Made by a program: the position numbers and the translations under genes. Source: Bacteroidota bacterium (lineage in GTDB: Bacteria; Bacteroidota; Bacteroidia; Bacteroidales; GCA-2748055). From it: DNA of 64,000 bases. The DNA lies in contig JAIFNN010000022.1 of assembly GCA_020047715.1 (NCBI GenBank), positions 17,123 to 81,122 of the forward strand, given 5' to 3'. Of this stretch, positions 52,964 to 62,346 are shown piece after piece. Below the pieces are notes generated by a model that was not told where the DNA came from, ran no database searches, and was given only the letters and a program-made list of their open reading frames with translations. Position 1 is the stretch's first letter. Each line of letters starts with the position of its first letter.

Positions 52964-54538
52964 ATGGGTCACGGCAAGGAAACCCCTAGGCAAAAGATGA
53001 TCGGTATGATGTATTTGGTACTGACAGCGCTTCTGGCGATGAACGTATCCAAAGACGTACTTAATGCATTCATTTTGGTGGATGAGGGACTCACAAAGAC
53101 TACCCATAACTTCTTTCAGAAGAATGAAAGCCTTTATGATGATTTTGAAGCTGCATATCAATTAAATAAAACGAAGGTTCAGGATTGGAAGACTAAGTCC
53201 GATGAAGTAAAAGAAAAGTCGCAGGCTATTTACGATTTGATGCAGGAATACAAAAAGCAAATTGTTATAAAGGGAGAAGGACCTGAAACCGAAGCCATTC
53301 ATGAAGACGAAGTTCATTTACACCTCGTTGCAGGGAAAGATAATACCAACGTTCCGGCTGAGGTAATGATATTAAACAAAAAGGGTGCTGAGCTTAAGGA
53401 GGAAATGATTAAGTACAAGGAATATCTTTTTTCCTTGATTGAAGATAAGGAAACCAATGCCTCTCTTGTTAAGTCCATTGAATCCAGTCTTGACACTGAG
53501 GACCCACCTCCAACAAAAGAGGGAGAGCGCCATTCCTGGGAGTCAGAGAATTTTGAACACCTTCCTTTGGCTGCAGTAATTACGATGCTTTCCAAAATGC
53601 AGAGTGATATCCGTAATTCCGAGTCGGAAATTGTGAGTTATCTGCTTAGCCAGATTGATGCGGGTTCCTTTAAGTTCAATAAAATTGATGCAGTTGTAAT
53701 TTCGAGTTCCGATTATATTTTTAAAGGTCAGGAGTATAAGGCATCTGTTTTTCTTGCTGCCTATGATTCCACCAAACAACCTACCGTGCAGCTTGAAAAC
53801 GGCACAGCTCTCGAAGTCAAGGACGGTAAGGGGATCTATACTGCGGTTGGTAGTTCAGTCGGAACACGTACCTGGGCTGGAACTATTGTTCTTGACGGTG
53901 GAGACAATAACATTATTCGTCGGGAGTTTAAAAAGGAATACCAGGTTGCTGAGGCAAGTGCTGTTATTTCGCCTACCAAAATGAATGTTTTTTATAGGGG
54001 AGTTAAAAATCCCGTTTCAATATCCGTTTCTGGAGTTCCTAAAGAAAACCTTATTGCTGATATTACCAAAGGCAGCATAAAAAGAGGGGGTGCTGATTGG
54101 GAAGTTATGCCTGCCTCAGGACCTGAAGGAGAAATCGTTACCGTTAAAGTTTCCGCAAAGGTAGATAATGCTACACGGTTTATGGGCAGCATGGATTTCA
54201 GGGTAAAGGATGTTCCCGATCCTGTAGCTGAAGTTGCAGGTCGTTCGCAAGGCGTAATTGGAATAGGTGAACTCACCCGTGCAGGTGGTGTTAAAGCCAC
54301 ACTTAAGAACTTCGACTTTGACCTTGATTTTACTGTTACTGAATTTACAGTTTCCGCTGTGCTTTCCGGGGGATTTACCAAGACGGAAATCAGTAAGGCA
54401 GATACCTATTCAAAACCTCAAATCGATATCATATCCCAGGTAAAAACCGGGCAAAGAGTTACATTTGAAAATATTAAAGCCGTAGGTCCTGACGGTAAAA
54501 CCAGGACGCTGAACTCAATAGTGTTGAAAATTAATTAA
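52964..54538 (+). CDS. gldM: Gliding motility / T9SS protein GldM (PorM)
   Basis: ETPRQKMIGMMYLVLTALLAMNVSKDVL is the conserved GldM N-terminus. A long periplasmic domain follows. Confidence 0.9.
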   Translation: MGHGKETPRQKMIGMMYLVLTALLAMNVSKDVLNAFILVDEGLTKTTHNFFQKNESLYDDFEAAYQLNKTKVQDWKTKSDEVKEKSQAIYDLMQEYKKQIVIKGEGPETEAIHEDEVHLHLVAGKDNTNVPAEVMILNKKGAELKEEMIKYKEYLFSLIEDKETNASLVKSIESSLDTEDPPPTKEGERHSWESENFEHLPLAAVITMLSKMQSDIRNSESEIVSYLLSQIDAGSFKFNKIDAVVISSSDYIFKGQEYKASVFLAAYDSTKQPTVQLENGTALEVKDGKGIYTAVGSSVGTRTWAGTIVLDGGDNNIIRREFKKEYQVAEASAVISPTKMNVFYRGVKNPVSISVSGVPKENLIADITKGSIKRGGADWEVMPASGPEGEIVTVKVSAKVDNATRFMGSMDFRVKDVPDPVAEVAGRSQGVIGIGELTRAGGVKATLKNFDFDLDFTVTEFTVSAVLSGGFTKTEISKADTYSKPQIDIISQVKTGQRVTFENIKAVGPDGKTRTLNSIVLKIN

Positions 54539-54549
54539 TACCTAGAATA

Positions 54550-55437
54550 ATGAAAAGAGCTGCTTTATTTCTGGTTGGCGCCTTTATTATCGCTCAGGGT
54601 TTGCGTGCGCAGAACACCGTAACGCAATCTACACAGCCTGCCACGCCCAATCCGCAATTAACTCTTGATACCTTGAAGATTGTGGATGTGTATGAAAAAA
54701 TTCATATTCCCGAGAAGAAACCCATTCCCTATGTTCCTATCCGGGAAGCAGATGTTATGTGGGCGAAAGATGTTTGGAGGATTATCGATTTGAGAGAGAA
54801 AATGAATCAGCCTCTGTATTTCCCTATTACTTCCATAGGAAAACGAATGAGTTTCTTCGGACTTGTAATGTATGGAGTACGAGAACACAACCTGCATGCA
54901 TTCAAAGATGACAAATACAACCTATTTTCATCGCAGTCAATGATCGGGTATAAGGATATTGTTGCAGCTCTTGGTGCAGACACGCTTCTTGGGGGTGAAG
55001 TTCGTTTGAAAACCCATCTAGTTAAGCAGCTTTTGGTTAAAGAGAAATGGTTTTTTGATAAGCAACATTCTACAATGAAAGTGCAGATTGTTGGTATAGC
55101 CCCTATAAAGGTTTACAACAAAACGCTTACAGATGCCAATGGAAATGTTAGCACTAGTCCTGAGGTAAGTAGGGAGATTCTTTTTTGGCTTTATTTTCCT
55201 GAATTCAGAGAACTTTTTGCTAAAAGTGAGGTTTATAATCGCTTCAGCGATTCTCAGAACATATCATTTGATGACTTGTTCATGCAACGTCGGTTTGCCT
55301 CCTACATTTATGGGGAGTCAAACGTTTTTGAAAACCGTTTCATTGTCGACTACCTTGTTGGTGATGATATCCTGTATGAATCAGAAAAAATTAAAAGTTC
55401 TCTGATGGAAATGGAGCATGATCTTTGGGAATATTAG
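54550..55437 (+). CDS. gldN: Gliding motility / T9SS protein GldN (PorN)
   Basis: Signal peptide, size of 295 aa, and the terminal position in the gldKLMN operon. The WRIIDLREKMNQPLYFP region is typical of GldN. Confidence 0.85.
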   Translation: MKRAALFLVGAFIIAQGLRAQNTVTQSTQPATPNPQLTLDTLKIVDVYEKIHIPEKKPIPYVPIREADVMWAKDVWRIIDLREKMNQPLYFPITSIGKRMSFFGLVMYGVREHNLHAFKDDKYNLFSSQSMIGYKDIVAALGADTLLGGEVRLKTHLVKQLLVKEKWFFDKQHSTMKVQIVGIAPIKVYNKTLTDANGNVSTSPEVSREILFWLYFPEFRELFAKSEVYNRFSDSQNISFDDLFMQRRFASYIYGESNVFENRFIVDYLVGDDILYESEKIKSSLMEMEHDLWEY

Positions 55438-55452
55438 AATTTTATTTAATAT

Positions 55453-55490
55453 GAAGAGGCCGCTTTGTTAAAAGCGGCCTCTTTCTTTTT
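55453..55490. terminator. Rho-independent (bidirectional) terminator after gldN
   Basis: 13-bp perfect stem AAGAGGCCGCTTT / AAAGCGGCCTCTT with loop GTTA, followed by TCTTTTT. It lies between gldN (+) and the convergent gene ending at 55562 (-). Confidence 0.85.
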
Positions 55491-55561
55491 ATGGTATTTG
55501 TTCATTTAAAAGGACATGTAAACCCTTATCCAAACTGGAGGGTGTTTTAAGCAGTTTGGAA

Positions 55562-56539
55562 TCATTCGATCATTAGGTTGCAGCCACGAATGTCCGAATT
55601 GTCAACTCTGCCTAAAACTTCGAATCCTTCGCTTTCCTTCTTCCTTCCCAAATCGGAGGTAGCAATAAAGGAGCAGGAATAAGTATTTGCAAGATCAATA
55701 ACATTAATGTTGCCAGTTTTTCCCGTTTCGAGCATTTGAAGCGGGTCATAGGTATCGCGTATGAGAATCCTCATCCATGGTGGGGTATGGAACAAGCCCC
55801 CTACATTCGAATAAGCCTGAGACAGCAGTTCTGTCATGCCATATTCTGAATGAACCTGATTTAAATTTAACTTTCTTTTGAGAAGGGCATGCAGATCTTC
55901 CCGCACCATTTCTTTTCTTCTTCCCTTCATTCCACCGGTTTCCATGATAATAATGCCTTCCAGATCTTCTTCGAATTTTTCTGCTAGCTCAAGTAGGGCG
56001 AAGCTGACGCCTAAAAGAAGTGTTGGCTGGCCGATGTTTTTCAATTTTCTTAGAATAGTAATCAGCTTTTCATACTCGTTGAGGTAGAAGCCACTTTCAG
56101 GATGGGAGGAGAGACTGATAAGTTTCTCTGCCATATAGATAAGTGAGGAGCCTGATCGTTCCAAATAAGATGGAAGCAAGGCAACAATGCAAAGTTTGGC
56201 AGGATCTCCATAAAAAATTTCAAATCCTGAGAGAAAGCTCTTTTCATAAAGGCTTTTGTGCGCCACAAAATGTCTGGAAGGTTTTATTCCGGTTGTGCTG
56301 CTTGATTCGAAAACAATTTCAGCTTTCTTGTCCACAGCAATTATTTCGTGAGATTTGAATAGCTCCACAGGTAGAAATGGGATTTTGCGATAATCAGTTA
56401 TCTTATCCGGATCAAGTTTCAGATGGGATATGAAACTCTTGTATGTTGGGACATGCTGCGATTGATAACGGAAGGTTTCCAATGCAAGGCTCTGAAATTC
56501 AGACTCATTTTGAATGTTGAATATTTTGCCTGATTCCAT
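55562..56539 (-). CDS. LuxE/PaaK-like acyl-protein synthetase / adenylate-forming enzyme family protein
   Basis: 325 aa. The SSSTTG AMP-binding-like P-loop and overall resemblance to the Bacteroidota 'acyl transferase / LuxE' family, from recollection only. Confidence 0.55.
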   Translation of the reverse strand: MESGKIFNIQNESEFQSLALETFRYQSQHVPTYKSFISHLKLDPDKITDYRKIPFLPVELFKSHEIIAVDKKAEIVFESSSTTGIKPSRHFVAHKSLYEKSFLSGFEIFYGDPAKLCIVALLPSYLERSGSSLIYMAEKLISLSSHPESGFYLNEYEKLITILRKLKNIGQPTLLLGVSFALLELAEKFEEDLEGIIIMETGGMKGRRKEMVREDLHALLKRKLNLNQVHSEYGMTELLSQAYSNVGGLFHTPPWMRILIRDTYDPLQMLETGKTGNINVIDLANTYSCSFIATSDLGRKKESEGFEVLGRVDNSDIRGCNLMIE

Positions 56540-56572
56540 CTTTTATGGAGTATAGAATTGTAAAGAATGAGG

Positions 56573-56627
56573 AAAGGCGCAGAAACGCAGAAAATACTCT
56601 TTGCCTGCGAAATCCTGCGCCTTTTTT
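56573..56627. terminator. Nested hairpin downstream of pgk (AAAGGCGCAG...CGCAG-14 nt-CTGCG...CTGCGCCTTT + T-run)
   Basis: 10-bp outer stem enclosing a 5-bp inner stem. An A-tract and a T-tract flank it, which suits bidirectional termination. It sits in the 126-bp gap between the pgk stop (56666) and the start of the next minus-strand gene (56539). Confidence 0.5.
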
Positions 56628-56665
56628 ATGTTCGCCAAAATTATGTGACGATTAGTACGCTTTGC

Positions 56666-57925
56666 TTATCCCCTGATAGCTTTAATGCCAGGTAGATCTT
56701 TGCCTTCGATGTATTCCAGCATTGCTCCGCCACCTGTTGAAACGTAACTTACCTTGTCAGCCAAACCGAATTTGTTAACTGCTGCTACCGAGTCACCGCC
56801 TCCAACTAAACTATATGCTCCTTTTGCTGTAGCTCGCGCAATAGCTTCAGCTATAGAAACAGTCCCTTTCTGAAAGTTTTTCATTTCGAAAACGCCCATT
56901 GGTCCGTTCCATAGAATGGTCTTGGAATTTTCAATCACTTCGCTGAGAAGGGCAATGGTTTTTGGTCCCACATCAAGGCCCATCATACCTTCTTCACCTT
57001 TTTCTATATCTGTGATTTTGGTGTTTGCCTCGTTGTCGAATTTGTCAGCAAGAACTTGATCAACCGGCAGAATGAGGTTTACTCCTTTGGCAGCAGCTTT
57101 GTTAATAAGATCAAGGGCAAGGTCGAGTTTATCTTCTTCACAAAGAGATTTCCCGATGTTCCCGCCTTTGGCTTTAATGAAAGTATATGTCATTCCACCG
57201 CCAATAATGAGATTGTCGACCTTGTCAAGCAGGTTTTCAATTACCAGAATTTTGTCGGAAACCTTTGCTCCACCCATGATAGCTGTAAAAGGTTTAACAG
57301 GGTTGTGCAGAACTTTCTCCATAGCAAGGAGTTCGTTACCGATTAGGTATCCGAACATACTTTTTCCGGGGAAATGAGCAGCAATAAGCGCAGTAGAGGC
57401 ATGGGCCCTGTGAGCGGTTCCGAAAGCGTCGTTTACGTAACAATCGGCTAGCTTGGAGAGATTCTTCACAAACTCTTTTTGACTTTCTTTAACCTTGGCT
57501 TTCCCAGCTTTTTTCTCTTCCTCTGATGCTTCTTTGCCTAGATGGTAAGGTTTTCCTTCCTCTTCTTCGTGGTATCGAAGATTTTCAAGCAGCATAACAT
57601 CTCCTGCTTTAAGCGAAGCAGCCATTTTCTCTACTTTTTCACCCACACACTCACCGGCAAAAAGAACCGGCTTTCCAAGAGCTTTTTCTACTGCAGCAAC
57701 AACATGCTTCAGGGAATATTTTTCGACAACTTTACCGTCGGGTCTTCCGAGGTGTGACATTAGAATGGCAGCGCCGCCATCGGAGAGAATTTTTTTGATG
57801 GTGGGTAACGCGGCCCTGATCCGGTTGTCGTCAGTTACTTCAAAATTGCTATTTAGGGGTACATTGAAATCAACCCTAACAATTGCTTTTTTTCCGGAGA
57901 AATTGAATTTATCAACAGTTAGCAT
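56666..57925 (-). CDS. pgk: Phosphoglycerate kinase
   Basis: [21 protein letters not shown] and STGGGA motifs. 419 aa. Confidence 0.95.
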   Translation of the reverse strand: MLTVDKFNFSGKKAIVRVDFNVPLNSNFEVTDDNRIRAALPTIKKILSDGGAAILMSHLGRPDGKVVEKYSLKHVVAAVEKALGKPVLFAGECVGEKVEKMAASLKAGDVMLLENLRYHEEEEGKPYHLGKEASEEEKKAGKAKVKESQKEFVKNLSKLADCYVNDAFGTAHRAHASTALIAAHFPGKSMFGYLIGNELLAMEKVLHNPVKPFTAIMGGAKVSDKILVIENLLDKVDNLIIGGGMTYTFIKAKGGNIGKSLCEEDKLDLALDLINKAAAKGVNLILPVDQVLADKFDNEANTKITDIEKGEEGMMGLDVGPKTIALLSEVIENSKTILWNGPMGVFEMKNFQKGTVSIAEAIARATAKGAYSLVGGGDSVAAVNKFGLADKVSYVSTGGGAMLEYIEGKDLPGIKAIRG

Positions 57926-58201
57926 ATTCTTTTACTTTTAAGTTATTTTTATGTTCTTTTTCAAAACATCCTCAAAGGTAAAAAAAGTATTTTTATATTT
58001 GACTCTGACAGCAAACAAAAGGAGTCGAACTTTGAAGCGTCGGCGAAAGATAAATGGGGGTAAATGCCGCATCGTCTTCACAAGCACTTACATCATAAAG
58101 TCCTGTTTAACAAACAACTGAATTATATAGCAAATCGGATGGGCATACTTTTACAGAGAAATCCGTTAATCTTGAACTGATTATAACTAAGAATTACGAA
58201 A

Positions 58202-59332
58202 ATGTTATTTCGGGATATACCTGGACAAAAGGAGATAAAAGACAGTTTAATCCGTACTGTTCATGAAGGTCGGATAAGCCATGCTCAGCTGTTTTACGGG
58301 CCCGAGGGTTCGGGTAAACTTGCTTTGGCAATTGCCTATGCTCAGTATATATCTTGCGGGAATAAGCAAGCCGAAGATTCCTGTGGCACATGCCCATCTT
58401 GTATTAAGTATTCAAAACTGGTTCATCCGGACTTGCATTTCGTTTTTCCGGCAACTTCTCCATCAGCAACAAAAACGGATGAAACACCAGTTGAAAAATC
58501 ACTTGAAAAATGGAGGGAGATTGTTATCGAGAATCCTTTTTTTGATCAGTATCAGTGGTATGATAAAATTGGGATAGAAAACAAACAAGGACTTATTGGA
58601 GTAAAAGAGAGTGCAGAAATCATCAGAAAGTTGAATCTCAAATCGTACGAATCCGATTTTAAAATACTTATCATGTGGCTGCCCGAAAGGATGCATGCAA
58701 CCGCCGCTAACAAGCTGCTTAAAATGATTGAAGAGCCGCCCTTGGGTACGGTTTTTCTTCTCGTTTCAGAGTTGCCGGGGGAGGTGCTTCCGACCATATT
58801 GTCGAGAACCCAGTTGTTTAAAATCCCCCGTCTTGGAGATGAGGATGTTAGAATTGCCTTGAAATTGAAAACAGGTCTAGATGATGACCTTATTGATGAT
58901 GCAGTAACCTTGGCGAATGGCAATTTCAACAAGGCCCTCAGCTCGCTTACTGAAGACGGTCAGAATAAAGGGAATTTTGACACTTTCGTGAGCTTCATGC
59001 GGATTTGTTATGCCTTTAGCATTGTCGATATGATTGAATGGGTAGATGAAATGGCTAAAACGGGCAGGGAGAAACAAAAAATGTTTCTTTCTTATGCCTT
59101 GCGAATGGTAAGGGAGAATTTCCTAATAAACACCGGTCATGCCCGTATATCACACATGGCCCGGTATGAGAGTGATTGGTCAGTAAAGTTTTCCAGGTTC
59201 ATTAACGGAAAAAACATCATTGATATTTATGAAGAATTCAATAATGCCTACAATCATATCTCGGCAAATGCCAATGCCAAAATTGTATTTTTGGATTCCG
59301 GACTTAAGATCGGTAGAATGTTAAAGCGGTAA
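58202..59332 (+). CDS. holB: DNA polymerase III subunit delta-prime
   Basis: HAQLFYGPEGSGKLALA AAA+ P-loop, the zinc module CGTCPSC, and the SRTQ sensor motif (ILSRTQLF). Confidence 0.8.
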   Translation: MLFRDIPGQKEIKDSLIRTVHEGRISHAQLFYGPEGSGKLALAIAYAQYISCGNKQAEDSCGTCPSCIKYSKLVHPDLHFVFPATSPSATKTDETPVEKSLEKWREIVIENPFFDQYQWYDKIGIENKQGLIGVKESAEIIRKLNLKSYESDFKILIMWLPERMHATAANKLLKMIEEPPLGTVFLLVSELPGEVLPTILSRTQLFKIPRLGDEDVRIALKLKTGLDDDLIDDAVTLANGNFNKALSSLTEDGQNKGNFDTFVSFMRICYAFSIVDMIEWVDEMAKTGREKQKMFLSYALRMVRENFLINTGHARISHMARYESDWSVKFSRFINGKNIIDIYEEFNNAYNHISANANAKIVFLDSGLKIGRMLKR

Positions 59333-59596
59333 TTATATCATTTTTTTTCATAATTTTGCCATTAGCCAAATCTGGATTTAAAATTCCGGTTGAATTATTC
59401 GAATCTGGCCACAGATTCAATCAGCGTATTGATCTGATTTTAACTAAAATCAGATAAGCGTTAGTTGTGCAAACCTTTAGGCTTGCCTTTGTTTTCTCTG
59501 TGGCAGTTTATTATTGTTGCTTAGATTCTTAAAACAGTGAATCTCGGGCATATTTTTAATTCGATCGATTTAAGGCTTAATTTAAAACTTTGAATA

Positions 59597-60736
59597 ATGA
59601 TTCACAGAGGTTGTTGTAAAGAAGGCTGTTCCGAGAATCTTAATGACAACCAGGATAAGATATCAAACTATTTCAGCGGATGTGCCAAGCTTGATGATTA
59701 TGACTGGTTAAGAGATATACCCAAGGGCATTAATGAATTTGATGCAGTTGAGATACGGTTCAAAAATACCCGGAAAGCTTTTTACAGAAACACAAATGAA
59801 CTTCGCTTAAAGAGAGGCGATCTTGTTGCGGTAGAGGCCTCTCCGGGACATGATATTGGTATAGTTTCCCTTACAGGGGAAATTGTGGTACACCAGATGC
59901 TGAAATACGGCCTTAACCCTGCCGCCGACGATTTAAGGAAGGTATATCGAAAAGCCAAACAGGCTGACATTGACAAATGGAAGGAAGCCATTGATCTGGA
60001 AACCAAGACCATGCTTAGATCGCGCAGAATAACTGAGGATTTGAAGCTGAACATGAAGATCGGTGACGTGGAATACCAAGGAGATAAAACGAAGGCAATT
60101 TTTTACTACATTGCCGATGAGCGTGTAGATTTTCGCGAGTTGATAAAACTATTAGCCGACGAATTCCGGATTCGTATCGAGATGCGGCAGATAGGAGCGC
60201 GACAGGAGGCTGGAAGAATTGGCGGAATCGGGTCCTGTGGCAGGGAACTTTGTTGTGCATCATGGATTACCAATTTCGCATCTGTTACTACTGCTGCTGC
60301 GCGGTACCAGGAAGTATCCCTAAACCCCCAAAAACTTGCTGGACAGTGTGGAAAACTTAAATGCTGCCTGAATTATGAAGTCACTTCCTATCTTGATGCA
60401 CAAAAGGATTTTCCCTCCAAGGATGTGAATCTTAAAACCCGTCAGGGGGATGCTTACCATGTGAAAACCGATATATACAGAGGCCTGTATTGGTATTCTT
60501 TGGCTAAGGAATCCGGTGTTACCCTTGTGCCTGTTCCAGTAGAGCGGGTTGGGGAAATAATTATGATGAACAAAAAAGGTGAGTTGCCCGAAAATCTTGT
60601 ATTGTTGGATGACATCCAGAAAGTGGACATAAGCTATCAGAATGATGTTGGACAGGATAGTCTCACTCGTTTTGATGATAAGAAATCACAACAACGGCGT
60701 AAAAAGAAGAAGAAAAACCGGAATCCGAGAAATTAG
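59597..60736 (+). CDS. PSP1 domain protein (YaaT/RicT-like)
   Basis: PSP1 C-terminal domain region (DFRELIKLLADEFRIRIEMRQIGARQEA...CGRELCC). The conserved holB-yaaT-like gene order and a basic tail support the call. Confidence 0.8.
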   Translation: MIHRGCCKEGCSENLNDNQDKISNYFSGCAKLDDYDWLRDIPKGINEFDAVEIRFKNTRKAFYRNTNELRLKRGDLVAVEASPGHDIGIVSLTGEIVVHQMLKYGLNPAADDLRKVYRKAKQADIDKWKEAIDLETKTMLRSRRITEDLKLNMKIGDVEYQGDKTKAIFYYIADERVDFRELIKLLADEFRIRIEMRQIGARQEAGRIGGIGSCGRELCCASWITNFASVTTAAARYQEVSLNPQKLAGQCGKLKCCLNYEVTSYLDAQKDFPSKDVNLKTRQGDAYHVKTDIYRGLYWYSLAKESGVTLVPVPVERVGEIIMMNKKGELPENLVLLDDIQKVDISYQNDVGQDSLTRFDDKKSQQRRKKKKKNRNPRN

Positions 60737-60737
60737 C

Positions 60738-61205
60738 ATGAAACTATTAATATTTATAATTGGAATTTCTTTTGTTGTTGCCTCCTGCGATCCTTTCATG
60801 TATTATGATGAATACAGCAAAACCGAAGGAGAGCAATGGAAGTGGTCGGATAAAAAGACCTTCGAGGTGGAAGTGAAAGACAGTCTGAACATGTTTAGTG
60901 TTTTGGTCAACATAAGGCATACCACTGACTATCCGAAAAGCAATCTTTTTGTTTTCATATCAACTACCTCCCCAACCGGGGCTTCCCGCAGGGATACCCT
61001 TGAAATCATTATTGCAGAAGATAATGGGAAATGGAAGGGGAATGGGTTTGGCAACATCAAGTTAGTCTCGAGGGAGTACAGAAAAGCCGTTCGTTTTGCA
61101 AGCCCAGGAATTTATACCTTTGAAATTGAACAGGGAATGAGGATACCGGAAATTCCTGTTACTGATGTTGGGTTGCGGATTGAAGAGTATAGAGAATTAA
61201 GATAA
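60738..61205 (+). CDS. gldH: Gliding motility lipoprotein GldH
   Basis: The ATG at 60738 gives MKLLIFIIGISFVVASC (lipobox). VNIRHTTDYPKSNLFVF, DTLE, GNGFG and GLRIEE match the pattern I recall for GldH. The ORF-track start at 60642 overlaps the PSP1 gene. Confidence 0.75.
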   Translation: MKLLIFIIGISFVVASCDPFMYYDEYSKTEGEQWKWSDKKTFEVEVKDSLNMFSVLVNIRHTTDYPKSNLFVFISTTSPTGASRRDTLEIIIAEDNGKWKGNGFGNIKLVSREYRKAVRFASPGIYTFEIEQGMRIPEIPVTDVGLRIEEYRELR

Positions 61206-61216
61206 AAGCAATAGTT

Positions 61217-61927
61217 TTGGGTAAAGATAAACTCAGAAGGTTCGAGGAACTAAGTCATTTTGATCGGGTATTTCAACCCCGTATGGATGAGATTACAGGC
61301 AAAGAATACTTTCTTAAAGGCAGGTGGAAGCAAGAAGTTTTTCATAACGAAAATCCACTTATCCTTGAATTGGGATGTGGCAAGGGGGAGTATACTATCG
61401 GAATGGCGAAGCGCTTTCCCGACAAGAATTTTATTGGGATTGACATTAAGGGGGCTCGAATGTGGAAAGGAGCCCGGTCCTCTCACGAAGAAAAAATCCT
61501 TAATGCTTCCTTTCTGCGGACGCGTATAGAATTGATTTCCTCTTTTTTTTCTCGGGATGAGGTGGATGAGATTTGGATTACTTTTCCGGATCCGCAGCCA
61601 ACCGAAAGAAGAAAGAAAAAAAGACTTACTTGCCCGGGTTTTTTAACTCGATACCAAGGGTTTCTTGTGGATGGAGGGATAGTGCATCTGAAGACGGATA
61701 GTGAGCTTTTATTTGACTATACATTGAGCCTTGCAAAACACAACGAAATTGAAATTGTTGATATGAGTTCCGATCTCTATAAGAGATCGGAACTGGTAGA
61801 TCCAGTTTTAGAGATTAAGACCTATTACGAGCAAAAATTCCTTGATGCCGGTTCTAATATCAATTACCTGAAATTCAGGCTTAAAAAAAGCATTCCAATC
61901 AATGAAATCCCCGAAAAAAAAGGATGA
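61217..61927 (+). CDS. trmB: tRNA (guanine-N7)-methyltransferase
   Basis: LELGCGKGEYT SAM-binding motif, the FPDPQP motif and the KTDS motif. TTG start. Confidence 0.85.
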   Translation: MGKDKLRRFEELSHFDRVFQPRMDEITGKEYFLKGRWKQEVFHNENPLILELGCGKGEYTIGMAKRFPDKNFIGIDIKGARMWKGARSSHEEKILNASFLRTRIELISSFFSRDEVDEIWITFPDPQPTERRKKKRLTCPGFLTRYQGFLVDGGIVHLKTDSELLFDYTLSLAKHNEIEIVDMSSDLYKRSELVDPVLEIKTYYEQKFLDAGSNINYLKFRLKKSIPINEIPEKKG

Positions 61928-62249
61928 TGGGTTTTTCACTCGCGTGCATGAGGTTGCCCGTATGATTCCTTTTGGGAGAGTTACCTCCTATGGAGCCATT
62001 GCACGCTACCTTGGAACAGCCGGATCGTCAAGAATGGTAGGTTGGGCAATGAACAATACACACCATATAAGCGACTATGTCCCTGCCCACAGGGTGGTTA
62101 ACCGTAATGGATTACTCTCTGGGAAACACCATTTTCCTGGCTCAGACATAATGAGGGAGTTGCTCGAAAACGAAGGCGTGCCGGTCGAAGACGATCAGAT
62201 TGTGAATTTTGAAAAGTATTTCTGGGATCCTAATAAAGAATTAATCTAA
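61902..62249 (+). CDS. Alkyltransferase-like (ATL) / MGMT-family DNA-binding protein without acceptor cysteine
   Basis: IPFGRVTSYGAIA helix-turn-helix region. The PCHRV active-site motif reads PAHRV (Cys to Ala). Overlaps the trmB 3' end by 26 nt. Confidence 0.75.
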   Translation: MKSPKKKDDGFFTRVHEVARMIPFGRVTSYGAIARYLGTAGSSRMVGWAMNNTHHISDYVPAHRVVNRNGLLSGKHHFPGSDIMRELLENEGVPVEDDQIVNFEKYFWDPNKELI

Positions 62250-62346
62250 TTAAACTTTTTTTTTGGTAATTTTACAACTTCTAACAGATAATCATAGGGG
62301 ATTCAAAGTTTATGAAATCCTTGGCTCGCCTTAAAAAATAAAAGAA

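Noticed and set aside
57475-57574. Charged ~30-aa insertion in Pgk (…[34 protein letters not shown]…) making it 419 aa
   Set aside because: I recall Bacteroidota Pgk proteins being about 419 aa with such an insertion. It is probably lineage-typical rather than novel.
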